Positions 25,801 to 35,500 of a stretch of 64,000 bases of DNA are shown here, piece after piece. A model generated the notes under the pieces. It was not told the origin of the DNA. It ran no database searches and was given only the letters and a program-made list of their open reading frames with translations. The position numbers and the translations under genes are program-made. Position 1 is the first letter of the stretch. Each line of letters starts with the position of its first letter. Source of the stretch: Antedon mediterranea (lineage: Eukaryota > Animalia > Echinodermata); the NCBI RefSeq assembly GCF_964355755.1, contig NC_092671.1, positions 5,704,001-5,768,000 on the forward strand, written 5' to 3'.

Positions 25801-28620
25801 ATTCATTATCGTCATCATCGTCGCCGCCGCTGTCCTAAAATTCCTGAACTTATAAACGTCAAAATATTGTTATCACCACAACTAATATCACCATCATCAT
25901 CATCATCATCATCATAAAGCGTGGTTCCCACTAGCAACGCAACGCAAGGACGTAACGCAACGCAAGTGAATTGACCAATCACAAGCGATGGCTTATTCGC
26001 TTGTGATTGCTAACTGTCTATAACTTCGCTTGTCATTGGTTAAAACGCTTGCGTTGCGTTTACGTCCTTGCGTTGCGTCGCTAGTGGGAACCACGCTTTA
26101 CATACTTACTTTGTTTTCTTGAGCATATATACGGTAACGGTGTAACACAATTCTCATCATTCCAAAGGCCAGTATCCGCCCTTATTTGCACACAGTCTTC
26201 TCCTAACAGATTATAATCATTTGGTTCGCCTGGCTTCCAACTCCTTTATTGATTTAAAAAAATTAAAAGAAAAAACAAATGAGAACTCTCACTTGATAAA
26301 TAGATAAATAGAACAAACAGTAATAATAAGAAGCAATGTATATTATAATTCTAATCTTTTTCTAGAATGTCATGACATTATCTTGACAAATTATTTAAAC
26401 ATTTATTGTTTGATAATGTTGCAGATGTGAAAAGGGTTAGAGTATCAACGACATAGACCAGTGCAGAATCATTTCATTCACTGCCCCCAAACGTAAGTAA
26501 GTACAAAAACATTATTTTGTTGTCGACTTACGCCTGAGATTGATCCAAATCTGTTCCATCAACCCATTTGAAATTGCCCTCATTCGATGTATCATGTAAT
26601 CCTATCCAGAAATCTCGGTTCGAATCTTTTATTAAACCACTTAAAAAAGTCTAATTAATAAAAAAAAAACCAAGAAGAATTAAAATACGTTAAAGCAGAT
26701 GTGTGATAAATGTTCAAATACCCCACCCATCTCCTCTCTCTTCTCACTCAGACTTGCCTTGTAGTTATTCTTTTTTTTTTATGTTAGTCCATCAGTCGAC
26801 GTTTCGATTTTTGTCTGAATTCTACGAAAATATGAGCTCATGTATTATACGTATGAAACACCATATATTTATCTTTTATAAATTTCGGTCTAGAACCTAG
26901 ACTAATTCCTCCCCTTCATCGTTCACTTTTTGTGTAAAATGTAGTTGTAATTGGAAGTTATAATAATAAAACCTTAGGCCAGACTATAAATTAACAGACA
27001 AACGAAGCTTACATTAACGTCCTGTGACGGTATAATGGCAAGATCTGCTTGTAGATTCTGACAGTTTTTCCTAGCTTCATCCCACCATTTTAAATCGGAC
27101 TTGATCAGGTAACATGTATCACCGTACTGTTTCCAACCTTGTCCACACTGCTGACTCAACACTGCAAAAAGGGTAACAAATCATGAGGGATGACAATGCA
27201 TTTTATTTATTATACATTGATATTGATTGATATCACATTAATAATCCAGTCTATATTATGTATACACAACACTCCTTAAGATATCTTATTGATTACATCA
27301 TCTATCATCTTATATTGAAGTAACCTATTTCACTAATTTGTTACATATTGATTTAATTAAAGATGTATTGTCCCTCTGAAAAACTAATTCCTAACATTTT
27401 TTTTCTTCAATATGCCATTTTAATGTCACCTAATAGTTATCCACTTTGACAAAAAATCGGGAAAATGTATTTACCTAAAAAAGTGCAATTTAAAGCGAAA
27501 ATAGTAAAATTGGCTGACAGCCAATGGGTTTTTGGTTGAATTTAACCATTCATTTTATCATTTTATAAGTAAAAACACTATTTTTTCCGGTTTTTTTTCT
27601 ACGGAAGTCATTGACATTATTAAAACTACAAAATAATCTATTCAAAGTCTGATTTTAATAATCTTAATTTGTTATGTTTACATCTTTAAGCAGTCTTATA
27701 TAAAGTAGAATCTACTACAGTGGGTCATGATATCAAAACGTTTTTGTTAAGAGCCTTTATTGGTTTACCTTCAATACATTATCGTTATCTATATTTTGAC
27801 TATTTGTGATTGTTATTATCACTTGCTCTAAACTGCGCATGCTCGATGCTTCCCTACAACTGGTACGAGAGATATCTTATCCGATTAGAGAGAGAGGAAG
27901 TTAGAACGACAAAATGGGCTTTTGAGTTTGTTTACAAGTCTAATGTTTTTATGTAATAATTTTATTTTAATATCCTTATTACTTTATTCAAAGTTGATTA
28001 TAATTACAAAATGCGTAGGGCCTATAGGCCAAATAAGTATTGGTATCATAACAAAAAGTTTTAGTTTATTTTGTCCGCGTCTATTTTATTATGAAGCAAA
28101 GATCTAAAGTATCTAAGTCTAATTCCACTTTCAAATCGCCTAGCAACCTTCTTCGATGTTTCTCCGGAGTTTGTAATCATGGTGTTTAAGTGTGAAAAGG
28201 GGTCTAAGAAGCAATTAAGGAACCAAGATAAGTTCCTTTTTCGTAAAACTTATAAACATAGCACCAAAATATGAAACATATACACTGGTAAAATTCTGAA
28301 AGAAATTTGGAAAGGAAATATTTGTTGAATAAGTAGGCCTAAATTGTCATACAATACAAGTATTACACAACTAAGACGCGTTAATTCCGTAAAATTCGCA
28401 ATACTTATTTTTCAAACCATTTATAATTAAATAGTTCCTGCTGATTTTTTCGGCCTAAATACCAATGCGTGGGTTATGCTTTCTGTTCTTCGTATAACCC
28501 TTATTTAGTTTTTCCATTTTTTATACACAGCCTAACAATGTTCCACAAGTCAAAAAAGATAACATTTAAAGCCTTACCTCCATACAAAAGTGTAGAGAGA
28601 ATCAGTATCCTTAGTATCAT
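1859..28620 (-). CDS. Multi-CTLD type I membrane C-type lectin receptor (macrophage mannose receptor-like), 'lectin A': signal peptide, 5 CTLD, PAN/Apple, 7 CTLD, stalk, TM, cytoplasmic tail; ~41 coding exons
   Basis: Signal exon 28578-28620 (MILRILILSTLLYG) splices in phase 1 to 27013-27161 (VLSQQCGQGWKQYGDTCY). Repeated CTLD hallmarks (C...W...CY, WIGL, EPN/QPD, WND..C) run over exons down to 4049-4230. PAN exon 14342-14587; stalk ~3217-3301; last exon 1859-~2061 encodes TM GIVGITLASCVLLLALVMIIWFVV and a tail with IDNQLY. GT/AG boundaries give a consistent frame wherever checked. Confidence 0.9.
2173..2420 (+). mobile_element. Penelope-like element pLTR remnant (partial tandem) carrying a minimal hammerhead ribozyme core at 2263-2293
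   Basis: Partial tandem duplication (2173-2260 vs 2335-2420: TTTTGTATCTCCATTG..CCACTGATACCCACA.CATTTTTTCAGTATTTT) and CTGATGA-A-GGGC-TAGTGTT-GCCC-GAAA-GCTC. A second family copy is at 36611-36770. Confidence 0.65.
3327..3462. mobile_element. PIF/Harbinger (Tourist-like) MITE, family 1
   Basis: TIR AGCTCTGTCTACA(C)TAT(C)AAACT ... AGTTTGATAGTGTAGACAGGGCT; TAA TSD on both sides; core GATATGCCCAAATATGGTAGT. About 13 copies in the window. Confidence 0.85.
3563..3920. repeat. 48-bp minisatellite, ~7.5 copies
   Basis: Unit GGAGGTATACCAGTCCCATGGTTTGGCTATATATTTCCTCCATGGTTT; explains the repetitive ORFs at 3490-3931. Confidence 0.92.
6346..6481. mobile_element. Harbinger-type MITE, family 1 (internally deleted copy)
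   Basis: Same TIRs and core as 3327-3462; TAA TSD at 6343-6345 and 6482-6484. Confidence 0.8.
6894..7081. mobile_element. Harbinger-type MITE, family 4
   Basis: TIR AGGCCAATTTACACAGAC ... GTCTGTGTAAATTGACCT, preceded by TTA; second copy at 40021-40180. Confidence 0.75.
7358..7456 (+). mobile_element. Isolated LINE 3' terminus (~100 bp) with cUUCGg stem-loop
   Basis: Near-identical to 47973-48062 (AGTTAAGATAAAAGGTACCAAGCTTGATTAGCTTCGGCTA...CTTGGCTACCTTTTGTATTGAAATTGTTTTTGTTTGATACAATAAAG), where it ends a LINE ORF remnant. Confidence 0.75.
7575..7700 (-). mobile_element. tRNA-derived repeat (A box TGGTCTAATGG, B box GGTTCGAATC) with a conserved downstream tail
   Basis: The minus strand reads GCCCCAGTGGTCTAATGGCTAGGACATCTGCATATCAAGCAGAAGGTTCCGGGTTCGAATCTCGGTTGGGGGACTTTTTCTCATTCTCACAGATTTCC; a decayed copy with the same tail is at 58160-58275 (+). 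Confidence 0.65.
9747..10069. mobile_element. Kolobok-type (TTAA TSD, AG...CT ends) non-autonomous DNA element, family 2
   Basis: TTAA|AGATGTATTGTCCCC ... ATATATCT|TTAA; left terminus tandemly duplicated (9721-9760). About 6 copies in the window. Confidence 0.75.
10505..10617. mobile_element. Harbinger-type MITE, family 3 (partial)
   Basis: TTCCCACTAGGAC ... CCTAGTGGGAACCAAGCT|TAA; same family as 25918-26097. Confidence 0.7.
11277..11593. repeat. Intronic tandem duplication (~150-170 bp x 2) that includes the 5' splice site of the upstream exon
   Basis: 11277-11423 and 11447-11593 are homologous, and both end in CAAAATCTAACCAAGT (minus-strand CTTG|GTTAGATT). Confidence 0.8.
12507..12810. 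mobile_element. Kolobok-type element, family 2
   Basis: TTAA|AGATATATCTTCCC ... GGGGACAATTACATCT|TTAA with the family-2 internal sequence. Confidence 0.75.
13127..13292. mobile_element. Harbinger-type MITE, family 1
   Basis: Full-length copy with AGCTCTGTCTACACTATCAAACT and AGTTTGATAGTGTAGGCAGAGCT TIRs. Confidence 0.85.
14342..14587 (-). CDS. PAN/Apple domain exon of lectin A (246 nt, phase 1-1)
   Basis: YINKYFDSYHYAFISGKDDIVLTDVYPSDCAKRCIEGTGFTCLSFDYNRNQKTCQLSSFNK...YDHYER: C-x3-C...C-x-SFDY...C-x-L...YDHYE pattern of the PAN_AP module. Confidence 0.85.
14616..14850 (+). mobile_element. tRNA-headed SINE with a Deu/Nin-like central domain
   Basis: A box TGGCTGAGTGG, B box GGTTCGAGGC, then GGATAAGGACTATAAACCGTAGGTCC ... 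TTTCGAGATGAGTAGGGGGGTCTTAACCCAGTGT, resembling the DeuSINE/AmnSINE core (GATGAGACGTAAAACCGAGGTCC...AAGAGTAGGGGTGTTAACCCCGGTGT) as recalled from memory. Confidence 0.65.
14927..15135. repeat. 25-bp GC-rich minisatellite, ~8 copies
   Basis: Unit AGAAGTGGAGGCCCAACTGGTGGGC; a partial seed copy is at 14874-14891; explains the repetitive ORFs at 14769-15207. Confidence 0.95.
15970..16156. mobile_element. Kolobok-type element, family 2 (short copy)
   Basis: TTAA|AGATGTATTGTCC ... GGACAATACATCT|TTAA. Confidence 0.8.
16568..16738. mobile_element. Harbinger-type MITE, family 1, with internal duplication
   Basis: Core ATGGTAGTGATATGCCCAAATACGGTAGTGA...CATCATGTCCATATATGGG present twice, between AGCTCTGTC and GACAGGGCT. 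Confidence 0.8.
17909..18078. mobile_element. Tc1/mariner-pogo-type MITE
   Basis: TA|CAGTAAACTCTCCCAATACCGGAC ... GTCCGGTATTGGGAGAGTTGACTG|TA: ~24-bp TIRs with TA TSD. Confidence 0.85.
20494..20637. mobile_element. Harbinger-type MITE, family 1
   Basis: Family-1 TIRs and core; TAA TSD at 20491-20493 and 20638-20640. Confidence 0.85.
20998..21096 (+). repeat. 17-bp minisatellite (~4 copies) at a pogo/Tigger-like MITE end
   Basis: TACAGTAGAAACT... followed by (CCTATTAAGGTGAAACA)n. Confidence 0.8.
21548..21973. mobile_element. MULE-like MITE with ~70-bp TIRs and 9-bp TSD
   Basis: CTAAAGATACGGTACCGTATCCATGCTTTTAAAAACTAAAGATACGGTAATTATAGAGGGCGCT is inverted at 21902-21966; TTAAATTAT direct repeat at 21539-21547 and 21974-21982; internal CCTAAA repeats and a tRNA-like ATCGAACC. 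Confidence 0.8.
22337..23959. mobile_element. 1.6-kb non-autonomous foldback DNA transposon (GG..CC ends, ~100-bp TIRs, 8-bp TSD) carrying an internal minisatellite
   Basis: TIR GGATTACGGTCGAAGCGGCCGCCAACTAAAGCGGCCGC...GTATGGAACGCC mirrored at 23855-23959; TSD GCCTAGTG at 22329-22336 and 23960-23967. Confidence 0.85.
23115..23695. repeat. ~75-bp minisatellite inside the foldback element, ~7-8 copies
   Basis: Unit approx. GTAAATGAGATATAAATATTCGGCAATACCGTACGTAAATTATTATTGCAATACTGTATAAAATTCGATAGTAT. Confidence 0.85.
24487..25029. mobile_element. Kolobok-type element, family 2 (long subfamily, 543 bp)
   Basis: TTAA|AGATGTATTGTCCCTTTG ... CAAGGGACAATACATCT|TTAA. Confidence 0.82.
25918..26097. mobile_element. 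Harbinger-type palindromic MITE, family 3
   Basis: TIR AGCGTGGTTCCCACTAG / CTAGTGGGAACCACGCT with extended inverted arms (ACGCAACGCAAGGACGTAA...); TAA/TTA flanks. Confidence 0.85.
27361..27685. mobile_element. Kolobok-type element, family 2
   Basis: TTAA|AGATGTATTGTCCC ... TACATCT|TTAA. Confidence 0.78.
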
Positions 28621-29517
28621 TTTGATGTGCTTTTCACCGTCCGTGCCCAATATTTTAAACCATTGGGAGATTTGATCACCTAGTGCGGATTTTGGGGCTG
28701 ATCTCTGCCTTTACCTGATAACAAAGTTACATTAAGATAAGGATAAAGCCAGGTAAACCTAGGATGGCCTGGACTTTTGATCATAATTATCATCAGCGGT
28801 CCATCTAGTTAATCATTGATATTTAAGTTCAAATTCTGTGACATTGTGGTGGTAATTAACGCATTTAATGCAATATTAATATATGACACTGGGTCTAATT
28901 AATAAGCAGACAGCAATTTATAATGTGCGTGTTGTGATATAGACATGCAACAAGTCTATTTGTCTTTTTTATGTTTCAATTTCTTTTAGCTCAAATATTA
29001 TACGTATGAAACGCCATATGCGCCAACATATTTATCCTTTACTAATATCAAGTCGACACAGAACCAAGACTAGTTGTCATTCTTCCTTATATGGTAATAT
29101 TATTATTGTTGTAAAGTGTATGTAAACGTCATTGGCGATGGAATATGTGTTGGTAAAACATCAACTATTGAAAAAAAACTTTGATTCAAACTTTTCCGAA
29201 GTTACGTAAAGCAACACCACGTAAAAAGATGTCATAAAGTAAACCAGTTAACAAATAAAACGTTTTATATCTTCGTGATATATATCAAAATGCAAAAACT
29301 ACAAACGTAAGCAAATGTAAATTTTATTGGTTCTCATATATATACAAATTACACTAAAGTCATTTCATGTTTTAACTATACAAATAATCACTCAGACTGT
29401 TTAATTTATTGTATTCCTTTCAATTTGTTAATATTCATATTGTACCAATAAATTTCTGTGATACTAGGGTAGAACGATTTCTTATGTACAAGCAATGTTA
29501 GTACTGATTTGTATTGT

Positions 29518-32500
29518 TTATTGTCGCTTTTTCACAACCAGAACAGTCAACACAGAAGCCAGGACAAGTACACATATGAATCCAATAGTGATGCCTGCGA
29601 TAGCACCTCCAGATAGAGTTCCAGCTGAGGAGAGGAAAGTATATTCAATCACCTCACGACCTTTTGACATGGAATACCAAATTTGACAACCGTTGACTTC
29701 GTAGTTTGTGTTAAGCTCTGTCTACACTAACTACTTTGACAAAAAAAGTGTGATGTGCCCAAATATGGTAGTGATATGCTTAAATATGGTAGTGATATGA
29801 AATCATCATGTCCATATATGGGTACATCACATTTTGTTGTCAAACAAAGTTTGATAGTGTAGACAAAGCTTTACATTTTACTATTCTAAACTCTGTTTAG
29901 GCTTTGAAACCATACAATACATTAAAATGACACATTCTGTTGATGAGTGGCAATGCCTTCAAACTCCAAAGTGATCATTTTCTTCTCTATCTACCCAAGT
30001 GGCAATGATATGTTATTATCATCATTATTGGAGACAGTTCTAAGATTAATTAAACAACAAACTCTTATGTAATTTGAATATTCAGGTAATTCTTTGTACA
30101 ATTTTTATTTAAATACTTACATGGTCCATCGGTTTTACCAGAAGAGGGTGGAGTTACTGGGTTTACAGGTCCTCCACCACTATCTGAAAAGCAACATATT
30201 ATTACATAATTAACATTCTGATGGAACTGCGACTTCAGTTTATTCACTTATAATATTTTCTCTATGTGTCTTCACCCAATGATCAATGCCTAACACCCCA
30301 CTCAATAATCAGCCAAAGTATCAGAAAAAAAAGATTATAATTTTAAAAGTATTAGACAAAAATACATGCTGTACTAACTGTATGGTCGTTTACATATGTA
30401 AGGTTGATGTCGTGTACAATCCAAATCATTCCACATGCCAAGTCTGGAGTATTTACTAACGAAGCTAACACAATCTTCACCTGATCCAGCCTCATTCGGT
30501 TCCCCTGGGGCCCAATTGGTAAATGATAACTGAAATAAAACAATTTACATGTGACAATTTACTGAAGCAAAAATAACAAATATTAGTACATACATGGATA
30601 TTCAGTATGCCTACTGTTATTATTATTCTTGGTGAAAATGGTGTTTTTCAGATTTACAATATTTTTTTTCTTCTTTGTACTATGATTATTCATGTATGAT
30701 TATATGGATATAAAGAAAGAAAGACTGTTTAATAAATTACATTCTGTAACATTATTAAAGTTATTTATAGATACTTACAGCTGATCCATCAATCCACTCA
30801 AATGTGCCTTTTGTATCATGTAAACCAATCCACATCTCAGCTCTCAAAACATCAGCTCGAACTAAATGTAAATTGTAAAGATAATAGTATAATAGAAAAT
30901 AATATACATAATATGGAACTATTTCCAACTGAAAAATAATTTGTAACATTTTTTTGTTGTTGAATATGCCATTTTAATGTAACTCAATATTTATCCACTT
31001 TGACCAAAAATTGGATATAAAAGAAATGTATTTACCTGAAGAAACTGTAATTTATTGGAAAAAATTGTCAAATTGGCTGCCAGTCAATGGTTTTTTTTAA
31101 ATGAATTTTACCATTTATTTTGTCATTTTATATGAGAAAACATTTTTTTTTTTTACCGAAGGGATTAACTTTATTAAAACTACAAAATAACCGATTCAAT
31201 GTCTGATATAATTAATCTTCATTTTTCATGTTTTTGGGAGACAATACATCTTTAAAAGTTGAGAGTTAAGTTGTGAATAATTTTCAAAATTCATTTTGAG
31301 TTAATTATGTTTTGTACATACCTGAAAGAAAATCCTGCTCCTCTTGGTTAGTAATGGTTACCAGTGAGCCACCTTCATTGGCACAAATAGCCTCAGCATC
31401 CCAGTATGGTTGGAAATCAGTGGCTCTAAACAAGTAACAAGAATTACCATGCGCTTGCCAATCACCTTCACATGAATGGACACCTGTATACAAATGTAAT
31501 TTAAATTCATGAATATCAGTATTATTATATGGTTTGATTTCTAACATTCTTAGAATCCTAAATTCATTTTTATTTTTTATTTAATGGTTACGGTACTGTA
31601 TGGATTTACAGAGTACATTGATCTTTAAATCTTATTTTTATGAATTTTTAAGAAAATCGATATATGGCTATGGATATAGACTTAATTCAAGTGAAAATGT
31701 TTTAGTCTCAACAATTATAGGCAAATTCTTAGATAATTCAAAGATGCTCTCCAGGTGGAATGCCATCTTGAGATGAGTAGTAGTAATTAGTACAGTCTTG
31801 TTTATTTTTCATTTATATGTAATTTTAATTTCCAGAGATTCAAAAACAAATGAATGAAATAAAGCCCTTACCTTGATCTGCTACAAGATTTGTGACAGCT
31901 CTTCCTGCTGTTATCTGGCAAATAAAAGCCTGCTCATAGTTGCAATCTATAGTATCCCAAAGCGCCGCATTGTTTCCTGAATCAAAATAAACATAATAAC
32001 TAAACCATATAAAATAATTCAAGTGTGACAGTGTGGAAAGACTTACTCATTGTTATTTGTTTGTTTTTATACTCTATATATTAAGTACCAAGGATAACCA
32101 TAAGTGAATTTATTCACTATCCTTCTTGTGCACAGATGTAGAATTATGACATGACAGGAATTGAACCCAGGACTCTTGGATTGGTAGCCCAGCATCGTAA
32201 CCACAAAGCTACTTCAGTCTTTTTGATACTGCAAGATATTGTAATTATAATCTTAGCAGCTTGTGATTAGCTGTTGCTGTTCCTGGTCTCCTTGTCATAT
32301 ATTTGTTTATTTCATACGCATCCAACAGCAAGTAACTCGCCAGTTACAGGATGGATAAACTATTTTATAATTTATCATGCCTCATTTGAGGCTTAGAGAG
32401 TGGAGTTGAAAGAGTAGTGAGTTACAACCCTGGCACTAAGTCATGATTGAAAGCTGGACCTTGGGATTGGAAGGCAAGCATGTTGTTGGATTTTACCTGT

Positions 32501-35500
32501 ATTCATACTGCCACAGTCTGCCTTATTTGGTTCGTTCTGTGGATTGTCTATATTCCAGCTGGTATAGTCAAGATCAATGTCCTGCACCCATTGGAAATTT
32601 CCATCTCGTTTAATGTCTAAAAGAAAATGGAGATATCATATTTAAAATGTTGTAGAAGGCAGAAGAAGTAGATCTCAAAAGGTACTGTATGAGGGGTAAA
32701 CTACTGTAATTCAAGATAATCTTAGTGAAAGGTTCATGAGCAGTTTATGATCAGAAATTATTGGCATTACAAAAGCTAAATATGGTAACTAGGTCGGTAC
32801 TATGTGGTAATTGGCAATGGAAGACAATATTCTTTGTAAGAAATATTGAAAACACACGTTTTACCTGAAAGCCCAAACCAAATATTCTGTCTCACATTTC
32901 TCCAGAATTCCGGGAATAAAGTTGCAATAAAAAGATTTTCACCATCGCTATAAAGAATGATTTAATTAATTAAAACAAAATTGTACTTTCTACAGAATAG
33001 CAAGTGCACACAATAGAAATAATAAGCTTTTTCATTTGTTATGTGTTATATTGTTATCTAAGCTGACATAAACCTCTGACCAAGCCTGTATAAACTTCTG
33101 CTTCAGTTATTTATGTAAGAAGTAATAATAGTAATACCTGGTGATTGTAATTAAATAACCTCCCTGGGCCTCACAGAAACTTTTTGCATCTATCCAAGTT
33201 CTTTTATTCATATTTGATTGATAGCACTGGCCATTGTAGTATTTCCATCCCGACGAACAAGTACCTTAAAACAGTAAAACATTAGAAAGAAATCTAAGAA
33301 GCATGGAACAAATGTCAGTTACTCTGAGACACTGATTGTATATTTGCATTGACAACATGGTATATAGAGCTAGCTAGCCTAAGAATTATGAACCACTTTA
33401 GTGGCCTTACCTTCTCTGGCTTCACACATGTAGTTCTTTGCTAGGTAGCAAGGTGCTGTCACCCATAAACCGTCACTTGATATGTCATAATTCTGCATCT
33501 GTGCACAATTTCCACCATTGCTATAGTACCTAATAAAACAAACAGTAAGGAAGATATTCTATTACTATTCTAATACTAATTCTAGTGTACAATTTTGCTT
33601 CTCTATCAATTTTAAGACAAGTTCTTAGATATTATATTGATGGTGGTGATGGCATCTTTTTATCTACTCTACCTGGTGTCTGGCTGGTTGTTGTCCCATT
33701 TCATGTAATCTGCAGGACTGCGATCAGTCCAATAGAATGAGCCTGCATTATTTGACTCCTGTTCAGAATAATAATTAATTAATTAAGAATTAATAAACAA
33801 AAAGAGAAAATTCACAATTTACTAATCTATATTTTAGAATCTTTACCATGTAGGACGATCTTCGGCAAACTGTAGGTCTAAATCTGAACGGCGGCTTGAG
33901 AAATTGGAAAAAAAATTATTAAGGAATCAATAGGCCTACATAACAAAAACAAGCATGACATACCTTGTCTGTTAAACCAATCCACATTCCCATCCCCTTA
34001 AATTGTTGCAACATGTCATTAACAAAATTCTGTTCATCGTCTGAATTGATGCTGATGAGGTGTCCATTGAGTAGAGTGCAGAATGTCTCTGCCTCTGTCC
34101 AAGTCTGAAGCTCAACATTCCTCCACAAGTAGCATTTATTGTCATAATTAATCCAGCCATTACGCTCATCACATTCAACATCCACATCTAATGGTAAAAA
34201 TTGAAAGAGATAATTAGTAAAATACTTAATGAAACACCATCATTTTGGTACACTGTGTGTAAACTCTGGAGATTAGCAAGGCAATGTGAAAGGCGTATCA
34301 AGCACCTTTATTAAAATGATTTTAGGCCACATAAACAAAATATCATAAAACTTACAATCTTTGGAACAGATGTAAGACTGTAGTGTTGTAGAACAACCTT
34401 CATCATTCCACTGCCCACCTCTGTCGGTGTTAATCTCAACACAGTCCTCACCAGCTCGATAATCATCTGGTTGTCCAGGCTGCCAATTACTAGAAAAGAA
34501 AAGTCACATATAAAATGTTATGGAAGGAAGCAGTTACTGTGGTTCTTGACTTAGTTGTGAATGTTATGGAAGGAAGCAGTTACTGTGGTTCAAGACTTAG
34601 TTGTGAATTTTATGGAAGGATCAAGCAGTTACTGTGGTTCTTGACTTAGTTGTGAATGTTATGGAAGGAAGCAGTTACTGTGGTTCTTGACTTAGTTGTG
34701 AATGTTATGGAAGGAAGCAGTTACTGTGGTTCTTGACTTAGTTGTGAATTTTATGGAAGGATCAAGCAGTTACTGTGGTTCTTGACTTAGTTGTGAATTT
34801 TATGGAAGGATCAAGCAGTTACTGTGGTTGTTTACTTGACGTAGTTGACACTTGTCATATCGATGAGTATAAACGGATCTAAAGGAAAGGGAAAGTCAAC
34901 AATACTATAAATAAAAATAGCTATTATACATCCATCCTCTTTTTCTGTTTTATTACTTCAGCCCATATCGAACATGTTAAATCACGAGTAACCATGGGAC
35001 TTAGGTAGTAGAAATGGGAATTTAGGGAATTAGAAAAAGTAGTACCTGAGATTAGTAGTAGATAGTATAGTAGTAATAATAAACATTTTGATTCCATGAA
35101 AACTGAATCTACATACGCTTTTGCAGGATCAAGCGGTGTGTTGTCCACCCATATAAAATTTCCTTCACCTCTGGTATCCTGAAGACCTATCCAGTACAAG
35201 GAATGAGTAAAACCAAGCAGATCTTGCAAAAATTCCTAGCAAAAAAAAAAAACATATGTAATTATTATAAGAAGAGATGCTTTCAAAAATATATTAGTGA
35301 TTATGAATAAATATCTGATATAAAATTGGAGGTAAATTTAGAGATTTAGAAAAGTTGGTTGTTCTAGTAAAAAGTAACAAACTTTTATTTTAGAAATATT
35401 GTTTACTAACATTTTGTTCTTTGTTTCTGATGATGGCTAAGTCAGCATCCATTGACTTGCATATATCCCTAGCCTGATTCCAAGATTTAAACTGCTGTGA

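Noticed and set aside
26785-26815. CGAAACGTC on the minus strand, resembling a hammerhead 3' half (a similar word is at ~20307)
   Set aside because: No CUGAnGA plus stem II correctly placed upstream.
27769-27840. Alternative first exon for lectin A (ATG...AAG|GTAAAC)
   Set aside because: Encodes no signal peptide and would splice out of frame; the exon at 28578-28620 fits in phase and matches the paralogue's exon size.
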